Positions 14,505 to 27,219 of a stretch of 64,000 nucleotides of DNA are shown in pieces. A program made the translations under genes and the position numbers. This stretch comes from Octopus sinensis. Lineage: Eukaryota. Location: positions 30,938,001 through 31,002,000 of the forward strand of contig NC_043001.1 of NCBI RefSeq assembly GCF_006345805.1, given 5' to 3'. Within the stretch, counting starts at the first letter, position 1, and every line of letters begins with the position of its first letter. The notes beneath the pieces are model-generated. The model saw nothing but the letters and a program-made list of their open reading frames with translations, made no database searches and had not been told where the DNA came from.

Positions 14505-14815
14505 TGGAGGCACATGGCCTAGTGGTTAGAGTAGCGGACTCATGGTCGAGAAATCGCGGGTTTGAATCTCAGGCTGGCCAATGTGTGTGTTTATGAGCGA
14601 AATACTTAAGCTCCACGCGGCTCCGGCAGAAGGTAATGGCGAACCTCTGCTGACTCTTTCACCACAACTTTCTCTCACTTTTTCCTTCTGCATCTTGCAG
14701 CTCACCTGCGACGGACTGGCGTCCCGTCCAGGTGGGGAACCTATATGCCAAGGAAACCGGGAAACCAGCTCTTATGAGCCAGGCATGGCTTGTGAAGGAA
14801 CAAACATAACAACAA
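14505..14815 (+). mobile_element. V-domain-like tRNA SINE with (CAA)n tail and about 50-bp flanking direct repeat; related copy about 47670-47930
   Basis: A/B boxes, GCGACGGACTGGCGTCCCGTCCAGG V-like core; repeats 14455-14504 and 14816-14865. Confidence 0.75.
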
Positions 14816-15315
14816 CTGTAGTTAACATCACCTAACTCAGTGCATGAGAACCGTGTTTAGACTTGCTTCTGCTGTCCTCTTTCTTTGCTCCCCTTTCTTT
14901 TATATTCAGGACTTGTTAGAGGGAACTGCTGTCAGATTACTTTGAAGTGGGACAAAGCAGATGCAGTTTGGTATTTTTTTAATTTTATTATTTCATATGC
15001 TATTCTTTGACCGAAGTTCTATTCACGAGTAATGATTATTGTTGTTGTTTTTGCTTAGCACCAACTCTGCTCTGGCCGAATAGTCTTATGACTACAAGCA
15101 TTCCATCCATGCCTATCCTTTCTTCTTGAAGTGATTGTGTATCTAGGACTACATTATCAAATATATCCCTCTCTTGTCAGGACAGCTGGCTATGATAGGG
15201 AGATTTGGCTGCTATTTCTGGTAGGTATAGCAATCATGTAATAGGCTCCCACCATGAATAATGGCTTTAATATATTAGAATAAAAACCAGATTGTACATT
15301 AGTATTCTAAGTACC

Positions 15316-15811
15316 TTAGATATTTGTCCTCATCTTGTTTGTTGTAAACACGTTTCAGTTGATATACCCTCCAGCCTTCTTCAGGTGTCTTGGGGAAATT
15401 CAAACCTGGGTTCTCGTTCCTAAGGTATTTTTCGATGTTATTATTATTAATATTGTTATTATTATTATTATTATTAGTGTTCAGGTCACTGCTTGGAATC
15501 GAACTTGGAATCTTGGGGTTAGTAGCCCGCACTCTTAACCACTACGTCATATGCCCACGGGCATATGGTGTAGTGGTTAAGTTTGATTCCAAGCAGTGAC
15601 CTGAACACTAATAATAATAATAAAAATAATAATAATAACATCGAAAAATACCTTAGGAATGAGAACCCAAGTTTGAAATTTCTCCAAGACACCTGATGAA
15701 GGCTGGAGGGTACATCAGCTGAAACGTTGTGTTAACAACAAACAACATGAAGACAAATAGCCGTCAAATGTAAATAATGTACAGAATTCCTCCTCTCTTA
15801 AATATAGAACT
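15316..15811. mobile_element. Palindromic tRNA-head/Penelope-tail element, copy 1
   Basis: Head-to-head arms around ATATGCCC-AC-GGGCATAT (centre 15557-15558); TSD GTATTCTAAGTACC 15302-15315 / 15812-15825; hammerhead motif 15688-15733. Confidence 0.85.
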
Positions 15812-16013
15812 GTATTCTAAGTACCATTTCAGTTCTTGGTATCTAGTCATGGTGATTTGATTAAATACAGTACCTTGTATTTTTTAAAGCTGACTATTTC
15901 ATTCACATTTTAGTTTATTTTCTAAAATTTAAAACTGTTATTGTTTCTGCTTGTTATCATTGTTTCGCTTGATCAAACATTTAGTATAACAGACATCATT
16001 GTAGCACTGTTCA

Positions 16014-16243
16014 TTAACCCTTTCGTTACTGTATTTATTTGGAGATGCTCTGCGTTTCTTTCATTTACTTTAAATATAACAAAGAATTTAGTAAAATAAC
16101 TTAGTTATCATTCAGTTAGTGTTAGGAACCAAAATTGTGACTAAGGTTTGGTGGAAAATTTTAATTCAAAACTTTTGAAAGTAAGACGTTTGTACTACAG
16201 AGCCAGAGCCCGGTTTCAGCCGGGTTGCTAACGAAAGAGTTAA
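16014..16243. mobile_element. piggyBac-like MITE
   Basis: TTAA|CCCTTTCGTTA ... TAACGAAAGAG|TTAA. Confidence 0.7.
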
Positions 16244-17591
16244 GACAAATAACACTGTAAAAGTCTCAATATCACAGGTCTAAAAGACATTGCATAGAAG
16301 TATTTCAAGCCAGCTCTGCATAAATCAACATCTAACTTGAAAGTATTCCAAGTCTGCTCTGCTCTAGTAGACATTTGGTACGGAAGTGTTCCCAGTCAGA
16401 TGTTTGAGCTGATATCTAACTTGGATATATTCCAAGTTAGCTCTGCTGCAGCAGACACCTAACAAAGAAGTATTTCAAGTTACCTTTGACTAGGCATTTT
16501 ATTCTTTTGCTTGTTTCAGTGACTGGACCGTGGCCATGCTGGGGCATGGCCTTGAAGGGTTTTTAGTTGGGTAAATTGGCTTCAATACTTATGTTTTTTT
16601 TAAGTTTGGTACTTATTTTATCAATTCCTTTTGCTAAATTGCTCTGTTACAGAGACATAAATCAAAACTAGTTGTCAAGTGGTGGCGGACAAACACTCAC
16701 CCACACATACACAACAAGATTCCACACAGTTTCCATTTATCATATTCACTCATCAGACATTGGTTGGCCAGGAGCTAAAGTAGATGCTTGTCCAAGGTGC
16801 TGTGAAGTGGGGCTGAACCTGAAACCACATGGTTGTAAAGCAAACTTTTTAACCACATAACCATGCCTATAGAAAAATATAAATTAATGATGAATTGATG
16901 CTCTGTAAAGAGTAAAAAACCTAACATTTCAGATCTGTCCTTCTTCAGCTTTAATCCTATGGTTTCAAAATGACTGTGGTATTAACTCCGAATTAAGGCG
17001 TTGAGCTGGCAGAATCGTTAGCACGCCGGGCGAAATGCTTATTGGTATTTCGTCTGCCGTTACATTCTGAGTTCAAATTCCACCGAGGTCGGCTTTGCCT
17101 TTCATCCTTTTGGGGCCGATAAATTAAGTACCAGTTACGCACTGGGGTCGATGTAATTGTCTTAATCCATTTGTCTGTCCTTGTTTGTCCTCTCTGTGTT
17201 TAGCCTCTTGTGGGTAGTAAAGAAATAGGTATGGGTGATTCAATAGAAGTGATGGGAAGAGGAAAGCCTGGTGCATGAGGTGGTGTACAGTTTACAAGCT
17301 CAGAGGAACAGATGAAGACATGTCTGTGAGCTAATGATGATGAACCAGTTAAACCTCAGCATGTCAAATTTTGATCTATTCTTGACCATTTATTACAGTT
17401 TAATCCTCTAGATTTCAGATTTCTCTGTCAAATGTAATACTTATTTATTCACATTGCTTTGAATTAATCATGCATTATTTTGTAGCTTTGAGATTTTGAT
17501 GAGATACCTGTTAATTTTTAGAACGATATAATAGGGTTGGTGTGAGAGGTCAGACCTGGCCATTTTAAACATAAAACAAATAGAATATATT

Positions 17592-17813
17592 TATTTCTTT
17601 ACTACCCACAAGGGGCTACACACAGAGGGGACAAATAAGGACAGACAAACGGATTACGTCGACCCTAGTGCGTAACTGGTACTTAATTTATCGATCCCGA
17701 AAGGATGAAAGGCAAAGTCGACCTCGGCGGAATTTGAACTCAGAACGTAACGGCAGACGAAATACAGCTACGCATTTCGCCCAGCGTGCTAACGTTTCTG
17801 CCATCTCGCTGCC
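17592..17813 (-). mobile_element. tRNA-derived SINE family B (representative, TSD TAGAATATATT 17581-17591 / 17814-17824). Other copies about 7511-7743(+), 13085-13316(-), 16993-17230(+), 21214-21355(-), 22319-22745(+, tandem dimer), 47170-47390(-), 61488-61720(-), 62617-62848(+)
   Basis: A box TGGCAGAAACG, B box GAGTTCAAATT, core GCCTTTCATCCTTTCGGGGTCGATAAATTAAGTACCAG, 3' end TAGCCCCTTGTGGGTA(G/A)TAAAGAAATA. Confidence 0.85.
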
Positions 17814-18384
17814 TAGAATATATTGAATAGAATATATTGGCTGAATATAGCTGGTTTAAATGTGAATGGGTTTAAAATTCAAAATGACTTTATTGGGTGC
17901 AGACAAGACTGTATGGTTAAGAAGTTTGCTTCCCAAATATGTGGTCCTATGTTCAATCCTACTGCTCAGCATGCTGAACAAGTTTTTCCTTCTATGACCC
18001 TGGACCAACCAAAGATTTAGGAATGGATTTTATAGAGTGAAATTGAAAGAAACCCATTGTACCGGTGGCATGTGAAAAACATTTGAGTGAGGTTGTTGCC
18101 AGTGCTGCTGGATTGGCCCCTCTGCAGGTGGCACATAAAAGACTCCACTTGAGCGTGGCCGTTGCCAGTACTGCCTGACTGGCCCTGATGCAGGTGGCAC
18201 TTAAAAGCACCCACTACACTCTTGGAGTGGTTGGCGTTAGGAAGGGCATCCAGCTGTAGAAACTCTGCCAGATCAAGATTGGAGCCTGGTGCAGCCATCT
18301 GGTTCGCCAGCCCTCAGTCATATCGTCCAACCCATGCTAGCATGGAAAGCGGATGTTAAATGATGATGATGATGATGATGAATG

Positions 18385-18667
18385 TATGCATGCATGCATG
18401 CATAGACATATATACATACATATATACAGACACGCACACACATACACATATTTATAAATCTCTGAGTGAGCGTGTGTGAGTTTCTGTATGTATATGTATA
18501 TACATACTTACATACACACACACACACATATATACATACATACACACACACACATACATGCATGCATGCACGCATACATACATTCATGCATGCATACATA
18601 CATTCATGCATGCATACATGCATTCATACATACATACATGCATTCATACATACATACATACATACAT

Positions 18668-18702
<35 letters not shown>

Positions 18703-18735
18703 TACACACACACATACACACATACATACAAGTAT
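18385..18735. repeat. Compound (CATA)/(CATG)/(CA) microsatellite
   Basis: Direct reading. Numerous other (TA)n, (GA)n, (CA)n and (TAA)n tracts occur, e.g. 6300-6350, 7355-7500, 57353-57420, 63825-63898. Confidence 0.95.
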
Positions 18736-19091
18736 GTGTCTGTGCATGTTTTCTGTTTACCCATATCTAGACATTGCATGATGGTTGTAGAGGAGCACCA
18801 TTGTCATACAAGTGAGATTGATTGTTTCCAGTCTTCCATGAAAAATGTTTCTGGCCATGGGAAATACTACCTGGCTTGGAAACAAATAAATTTTGGTGAC
18901 AGCAAGGGCATGAAGCAGTAAAAGATCTGCCTTAGCACATTCTGCCTGACCCATGCAAGCATGGAAAAGCAGATGTAAAATGATGATGATGATGATGATA
19001 AAAGAAATTAAGTTTGGGAGTTTTTCAAAATGAATTATTAACATAGGTATACTCACCAATTATTTCATTAATTGGTAAGTATATTTTTTTG

Positions 19092-19615
19092 TGGGACACT
19101 AAACTCTGCTTGCGAAGACCTGTTGAGGCAAGTGAAATCGGAATCAAAATCGAAATCAAATTTGATGATTGGCATCCGTGCTAGTGGAGCGCTAAGAGTA
19201 CCATACGAGCGTGATTGTTGCCAGAGCAACAAGCTGGCCTCCATGCTGGTGGCACCATTCGAGCGTGATCGTTACCTGTGTCGCCTTACTGGCACTTGTG
19301 CAGGTGGCAAATGAAAAAACATTCGAGCGAGGTCGTTGCCAGTGCTGCTGGACTGGCTCCTGTGCAGGTGGTACATAAAAGGCACCATTTGAGCGTGGCC
19401 GTTGCCAGTACTGCCTGACTGGCCCTTGTGCTGGTGGCACGTAAAGGCACCCACTACACTCGGAGTGGTTGGTGTTAGGAAGGGCATCCAGCTGTAGAAA
19501 CTCTGCCAGATCAGATTGGAGTCTGGTGCAGCTATCTGGTTTAATAGTCCTCAGTCAAATCGTCCAACCCATGCTAGCATGGAAAATGGACGTTAAACGA
19601 TGATGATGATGATGA
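19092..19615 (+). mobile_element. RTE-derived 3'-UTR retroposon (representative). Other copies about 168-420(-), 7097-7350(-), 13503-13805(+), 18050-18380(+), 23729-24200(-), 26118-26487(+), 32258-32600(-), 45045-45480(-), 54975-55322(+), 59088-59430(+)
   Basis: Shared GGAAGGGCATCCAGCTGTAGAAAC...CCAACCCATGCTAGCATGGAAAGCGGACGTTAAACGATGATGAT end and internal about 50-bp tandem units. Confidence 0.8.
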
Positions 19616-20333
19616 ATTCATTATCATCAAACTCTTAATCCTGTAATCAGTCTCTAGAATGTTTTCCACAAAAATGTTTTTTTCGCCTGAAATCAAATAT
19701 ATGATAAATACATTTCTTATATGTTATAACTTCTTCTTGAAGCACCTAATGATTAATAAGTTTTTTTGTGTGTGTGTGTGTTCTTTTCACTTCCTTTTTA
19801 AAGTTTTATATAAGTGTGTCCTTGAACCATTTAAATTCACAGGAGGTAGATTTCCTGAGATCGTAAAAGTTTATTATTGTCGTCGTTAACGCAGCAAGCT
19901 GGGAAGAATGTTTTGTGGCATTTCATCCATCTTTACATTTTGTATTCAAATTATACCATGGTCTGCTTGGCCTTTCATGCTTTGGGGGTTGATGAAATAA
20001 GTACCAGTTGAACACTGGGGTCAACATAATTGACTTACCCCTTCTCCCAATGTTACTGGCCTTGTGCCAAAATTTGAAACCACTATTATTCTTGTTGTTG
20101 TTGTTAAGGCAGCAAACTGGCAGAATTACTCTTTTACTTGTTTCAGTCATGTGACTGTGGCCATGCTGGAGCACTGTCTTTAGTCGAGCAAATTGACCCC
20201 AGGACTTATTCTTTGTAAGTCTAGTACTTATTCTATCAGTCTCTTTTGCCGAACCGCTAAATTACGGGTACGTAAACACACCAGCATCGGTTGTCAAGCG
20301 ATGTTGGGAGGACAAACACAGACACACAAAGAT

Positions 20334-20384
<51 letters not shown>

Positions 20385-20828
20385 ACGGGCTTCTTTCAGT
20401 TTCCGTCTACCAAATCCACTCACAAGGCTTTGGTCAGCCTGAGGCTATAGTAGAAGACACTTGCCCAAGGTGCCATGCAGTGGGACTGAACCCAGAACCA
20501 TGTGGTTTGTAAGCAAGCTACTTACCACACAGCCACTCCTACGCCTACATCAGACAAAATGCTTAGTGACATTTCACCTGTCTTTACATTTTGGGTTCAA
20601 ATTTCACTGAGGTCAACTTTGCTTTTCATCCTTTCAGGGTCGATAAAATAAGTACCAGTGTAACACTGGGGTCAATGTAATTGACTTGCCCACTTCTTTC
20701 AAAAGCTGCTGGCCCTGTGCTGAAACTTGAAACCATTATTATTGTTATTATTGTTTTTACTCGGAGAAACTACTTACCTGTAAAATGTGAATGTGGAAAA
20801 CTGACTAATGAATAACATGAAAATTTAA

Positions 20829-21498
20829 CATTATTTACGTTTGATGGATATTTGTCCTCATCTTCTTTATTGTTAACACAACGTTTCAGCTGATGTACCC
20901 TCCAGCCTTCATCAGGTGTCTTGGGGAAATTTCAAACCTGGGTTCTCATTCCTAAGGTATTTTTCGATGGTGTTATTATTATTATTATTATTGTTATTAT
21001 TATTCAGGTCACTGCCTGGAATTGAACTCTGAATCTTGGAGTTAGTAGCCCACACTCTTAATCACTATGCCATATGCCCGTGGGCCCACGGGTATATGGC
21101 GTAGTGGTTAAGAGCACGGGCTACTAACTCCAAGATTCCAAGTTCGATCCCAAGCCGTGACCTGAATAATAAAAGTAATAATAATAATAATAACAACATT
21201 GAAAAATACCTTACTTATTTAATCGACCCCGAAAGGATGAAAGGCAAAGTCGACCTTGGTGGAATTTGAACTCAGAACATAACGGCAGACGAAAGACGAA
21301 ATACCGCTAAGCATTTTGTCTGGCGTGCTAACGTTTCTGCCAGCTCGACGCCTTTACACTACACTAAAATATGACACCTGATGAAAGCTGGAGAGTATAT
21401 CAGCCGAAATGTTGTGTTTACAACAAACAAGATGAGGACAAATATCTGTCAAATATAAATAATGTACATAATTCCTCATCTCTTAAATATAGAACTGT
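20829..21498. mobile_element. Palindromic tRNA-head/Penelope-tail element, copy 2 (right arm interrupted by a SINE at about 21214-21355)
   Basis: Centre GTGGG|CCCAC at 21084/21085; A box 21097-21107, B box 21142-21150; TSD ATGAAAATTTAA 20817-20828 / 21499-21510. Confidence 0.85.
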
Positions 21499-23725
21499 AT
21501 GAAAATTTAATTCAAATTTTTTTGTAGGTATAGTATAAGCAGAGAGTTAAATAGTTTGCTTTGCAACCACAAAAGCCTAGGTTTGATCCCACACCATGGC
21601 ATGTTGGGCAAATGTAATTTTCTATAGATTTGAACTGCTCCATATCTTGTGAGTGAAATTGGGTAGACAGAACTATATAGAAGCCCATTGGTTGGGGAGG
21701 GGGATTATACTTATAATTAAAAAGTATATTCCTGTACATACACACTGTACCATACTAATCCTCTCTGAGAATTACATTTAGGATACATATGTCTATGAAA
21801 TGTTCTGCCACTTGTTAATCCAGGAACAAGTTATTCAGTTGATGAAACAACTGAATCCTTATTCTCAAACAACTGAAACCCATCTTCTTAGAGCGTATTA
21901 TGTTGATTTGTTCAACTCCGCAGTCTCACTGCAAACTTATAGATTGTAGCAATGAGAAAGATCATTATACCATACAGCAGGTGATATTTGCTTGCTGCTA
22001 ATAAACCTTCTCAGATTTGTTGTTGTCATACCACTGATAGCTGTTAATTATCTCTGACAATAATAATTACCTTGTAACTTAGTCTTTCTCTATTTACTTT
22101 ATCATTCCTAATTAATATTAGCTACATTGTTGATCTTAGAAATCTAGAATGACATAACACCTTTGTAAGAGATGTTTGTCAATGATTATGCTTTAATTTT
22201 TCTTAATACACATTTTAGTAAATGTATCTAGTAAGTATTCAATGAAGACTATATTAAGTTTTAATCAATATTCCTGACTAAAGTTGATGATTAAATGGTA
22301 ATATTTTAGTGTAGTGTAAAGGCGGTGAGCTGGCAGAAACGTTAGCACACCGGGTGAAATGCTTAGCGGTATTTCGTCTTACGTCTGCCGTTAAGTTCTG
22401 AGTTCAAATTCCACCAAGGTTGACTTTGCCTTTCATTCTATCGGGGTTGATTAAATAAGTACCAGTTATGCACTGGGGTCAATATAATCAACTTAATCCA
22501 TTTGTCTGTCCTTGTTTGTCCTCTCTGTGTTTAGCCCCTTGTGGGTAGTAAAGAAATAGGTATTTCGTCTGTCTTTACACTCTGAGTTCAAATTCCGACT
22601 AAGTCAACTTTGCCTTTCATTCTATCGGGGTTGATTTAATAAGTACCAGTTACGCACTGGGGTCAATATAATCGACTTAATCCGTTTGTCTGTCCTTGTT
22701 TATCCTCTCTGTGTTTAGCCTCTTGAGGGTAGTAAAGAAATAGGTAATATTTCAGTGTAGTATTGGTCACTTGTATTAATGTGTACAGTTGGAGCTAACC
22801 TTCTTAGTTTCTGTGTTCTTGCTATTCTTCATTGTATCATTTTCTTAATGGATCCACTGACTAATGACAATGGTGTCCTGATCAGAAACTTGGTTGTTTT
22901 GGAGACAACAATTTTTTTTGTTTTTTTCTATGTCCATAATAATAGTTTAATAAGCAATTACTAATGTGAAATAGGAATCTTCCATTTTATTCAGTTTTCA
23001 GTCTTTGATTGCTGATGGTGGTAATAGATCAATTAAATAAGAAAATCATTAGGCTAACTTATTGATCATGAATAATCATTGATTAGCTGTAACAATACCC
23101 TTTTTTGTACTTTCTTTCTGAAATGGCTTCATTTGTTTGTAAAAAAGAAAGAGAGAAAAAACCCCAACTATATTGTGTTACTTCTGGTGGATTTCTTTAT
23201 CCACACTTCCACCAATAAATAGTCAGCCATTCTAGTATAAAGTTGTTGAAAATGGTTGTTTTTTAAACTTCACTAATGGTATTTGTCCTTGTTTTATCCT
23301 TGTAGTATTGATTAGGTTTCTTTCCCAGGTCTTTTGTTGCCATATGAATTACTTTCATTCTTGGATAGAGGAGTAGAAATATGTTTAATAATGAACCTTT
23401 TCATTTTGTAATTATAGTGTGATGGGGAATGAATGTGTTGGTATAGATGTTTCTCAGTGCTTCTACTAGTGCTCACTAGATGAAGTGGTTTTTCAGCTTA
23501 TGGCTTTGTCTTGCTATCTCCCTATTGAGTAACTCAAGCTATTAAAGAAGGGAAATTTGTTTTTTGTTTTAAAGTGTACAATGTAAATGTAAAGGTAGTT
23601 GAGACTCATTAGAAATATTACATTTATCATAGATGCCTTCTCTTGCAGTGTATCTGAGTTCAAATTTCACCTGTGTTGATTGTCTTTTAGCCTTCTGAAT
23701 AGTTATAAAATACAAAACTATATTA

Positions 23726-23760
<35 letters not shown>

Positions 23761-25560
23761 GTGTAACATCCGCTTTCTATGCTAACATGGGTTGGACTAT
23801 TTGACTGAGGACTATTAAACCAGATGGCTGCACCAGGCTCCAATCTGATCTGGCAGAGTTTCTACAGCTGAATGCCCTTCCTAACACCTACAACTCTGTG
23901 AGTGTAGTGGGTGCTTTTACGTGCCACCGACATGAGGGCCAATCAGGTGGTACTGGCAACGGCCATGCTCAAATGGTGCCTTTTATGTGCCACCTGCACA
24001 GGAGCCAGTTCAGCAGCACTGGCAACGACCTCGCTCAAATGTTTTTTCACGTGCCACCAGCCTGGAAGCCAGTTTGTTGCTCTGGCAACGATCACGCTCA
24101 GATGGTGCTCTTAGCACTCCACTAACACAGATGCCAGACATCAAATTTGATTTTGATTTCACTTGCCTCAACAGGTCTTTGCAAGCAGAGTTTAGTGTCC
24201 AATGAGGGAAATATCCATAGTATCACTCCTTTTCCAACAATTAGTTTTATGCTTAAAAAATTTAATAATTCTATTCAGTATCATGACCAGTTACATATTT
24301 AATACTCTTAGTACATATATTTCTCTCAAGTATCTGTCTGATATCCTTATTCTTATTCTATGCATTATAAATATAACACCTTTTAGACAAAAATTCGCAG
24401 TTCTTTCTTGAACAGGTAAGACTCTCTCTCTCTCTCTCACTCCCCTCTCTCCACACACACAACACACACACACACATACACACATATATATATAGCAGAT
24501 TAAAATGGACTTAGAAACACGAGTGCATAAAAATAGACTGTTTTCCTTAAAGGGAACTGTTCCAGACAAATTGAACTTACATAGTAGCCAGCCACAGTAT
24601 AATACAGTAAGTCCAAGAATAGAGATGTTTGTATTACACTTGTGAAGGAATAAATGTAATACTAACACCTCCATTCTTGGAATTACACTAAATGTATGTA
24701 TGTATGTATGTATGTACGTATGCATGTAAATAGTGTGTATGTATGTATATATTTACATGTCATTTACAAAACAACTTTCCTTAGCAATCTAACATGGGCT
24801 GAAATCTTCTATTGACACTTTGAAATTGTAATATTTTCACTAATTTCTTAGTCATAATTAGCAAAAGTGAAACCTGTTGACTATGCAAACATTTTATCTC
24901 ATAAAAAAATATATACATTTTGTACATTTTCCTTCTTGTATTTTTCACCACACACACACATACTCACTCACTCAGCATACTAATGAATCCGTATGTCTAT
25001 ATAGTTTTTAATATTTTAGATTTTAATATAGTTTTTAATATCTCTGGACAGGGTATAGGGCTCTGATGCTCTGAAATACTAAGCTGGAAACCAAGTAGCA
25101 ATCTAAATGTTTTAAATAAAAGACAATGGCAATCTAACTAACTACTCAGTCTGTCTTACACTTAGGAAACTTGAGTTAAAATCTTGCCTTCAGTTGGTGA
25201 TCCAATTTAAGCCAAGATTTACGGCTATTTGATATTTTGATATGATACTCTTTTATATAGCAATGAAAATATTTTGCTTTTTTACTATCTTACATTTATT
25301 AACTTCGGCATTTTTTGTTTGTGTTTGTTTGGACACCCCCACTACATTTAAAATCAATACATAATAAAGAAGAAAATTAAGAAGTTAATAAATGCAAAAA
25401 GATTAAAAGGCAACATTATTTTTACTGTTATTGGAAAGACTACTTTATCAAAGAATAACATGTAGCTATAAAGTAAAGATAAAAAAATGTAGTGTGTAAT
25501 AAATTATACCTGAAACTATAAGTGCTCTAGACTAAAATCTTTCATAAACTGGCTCTGTGA

Positions 25561-25935
25561 ATAGGTGTAGGAGTGGCTGTGTGGTAAGTAGCTTGCTTAC
25601 CAACCACATGGTTCTGGGTTCAGTCCCACTGCGTGGCAACTTGGGCAAGTGTCTACTACTATAGCCTCGGGCTGACCAAAGCCTTGTGAGTGGATTTGGT
25701 AGACGGAAACTGAAAGAAGCCTGTCGTATATATGTATATATATATGTATATGTTTGTGAGTCTTGACAACTGATGCTGGTGTGTTTACGTCCCCGTAACT
25801 TAGCGGTTCGGCAAAAGAGACCGATAGAATAAGTACTAGGCTTCCAAAGAATAAGTCCTGTGGTCGAGTTGCTCGACTAAAGGCGGTGCTCCAGCATGGC
25901 CACAGTCAAATGACTGAAACAAGTAAAAGAGTAAA
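25561..25935 (+). mobile_element. tRNA-derived SINE family A (representative). Other copies about 4447-4858(+), 6455-6732(+), 6738-7070(-), 9746-10146(+), 20130-20548(-), 29124-29540(-), partials at 11585-11735, 16500-16870, 42060-42410, 44430-44700
   Basis: A box TGGCTGTGTGG, B box GGTTCAGTCC, internal (TA)/(TG) tract, tail (AAAAGAGT)n. Confidence 0.85.
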
Positions 25936-27164
25936 CTTAGATGACTCGTTAGACAAGATTATTAGTTCTGGTTTCTGGAATTCTAGGTAAATTAAATAAG
26001 ATGTTTGTCATATTTTTGCTTGGTTTTTATTCTTTTATTTGTTTCAGTCATTTGACTGTGGCCATGCTGGAGCACCGCCTTTAGTCAAGCAAATCGACCC
26101 CAGGACGCCTGTGCTAGTAGAGTGCCAAGAGCACCATCCGAGTGTGATCGTTGCCAAAGCAGCCAACTGGCTTCCATACCCATGGCACGTAAAAGGGCAC
26201 CATTCGAGCGTGATCGTTACCAACGTTGCTTCACTGGCACGTGTAAAAAGTGAAGGTCATTCGAGCGAGGTCATTGCTAGTACCGCCTGACTGGCCCCCG
26301 TGCCGGTGGCATGTAAAAAGCACCCACTACACTCTTGGAGTGGTTGGCATTAGGAAGGGCATCCAGCTGTAGAAACTCTGCCAGATCAAGATTGGAGCCT
26401 GGTGCAGCCATCTGGTTTGCCAGCCCTCAGTCAAAATCGTCCAACCCATGCTAGCATGGAAAGCGGACATTAAACGATGATGATGATTAAACCCCCATTT
26501 ACTCTAAAAATTACCAATCTCGTGCCGAAATTAGAAACCCTATTTCGAGTGTAGAAAATCATGGTAACCCCACCACCACCACCACCACCACCAAAAAAAA
26601 ACAAACACAACCTTAACTTCTTGTGGAAAGAATGACAGTAGTAGTGATGTGGAAGAAGGGAGAGGGAGGTGTATTGATTGGGCTTTGTTGTGGTGGTTGA
26701 GATTTACAAGCAGCTAGTTTAATGTAGCAGAGACCATTGTAACTGCATAAAAGAGACAGAAAGAATGTAGATTTATAAGCAGCCTATTAAATGAACAACT
26801 TTTATTTGAAATATTCTAGACTGTGCATGTCTGTAAATATCTGTCTACATGCATGTTTATGCATGCATTGTATATCTGCATTCTTCCCTAAAAATATGAG
26901 TAGCTGTCCAGGCATGTCTTGTCTGGGTTACATGTCTTTCAAGTAAAGCTTACACTCAGGTTTCAGATTGTTTTTTTTTTTTAATCTATTATAATCTAGT
27001 AATGTTTCAAGTGACACTTAGCATATGTCATTGTCTACATAATAATAGGGGGGTAATTACTGAAGTGCTGCTAAATGGTTTGTAGTTCAAATCATGTCTC
27101 AGCCATGACACTTTGTTATTAATTAAACAATGCACTTACTTTGCTTGCTTTAACCAACCTTATT

Positions 27165-27186
27165 AGAGAATATATATATTATATAT

Positions 27187-27219
<33 letters not shown>

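Noticed and set aside
18318-18921. His/Thr/Tyr-rich ORFs of 100-150 aa (and similar Ile/Tyr ORFs at 7245-7511 and 30845-31149)
   Set aside because: Translations of microsatellites.
21090-21165. tRNA genes at SINE heads
   Set aside because: A/B boxes are present but there is no complete cloverleaf, and they run directly into repeat bodies.
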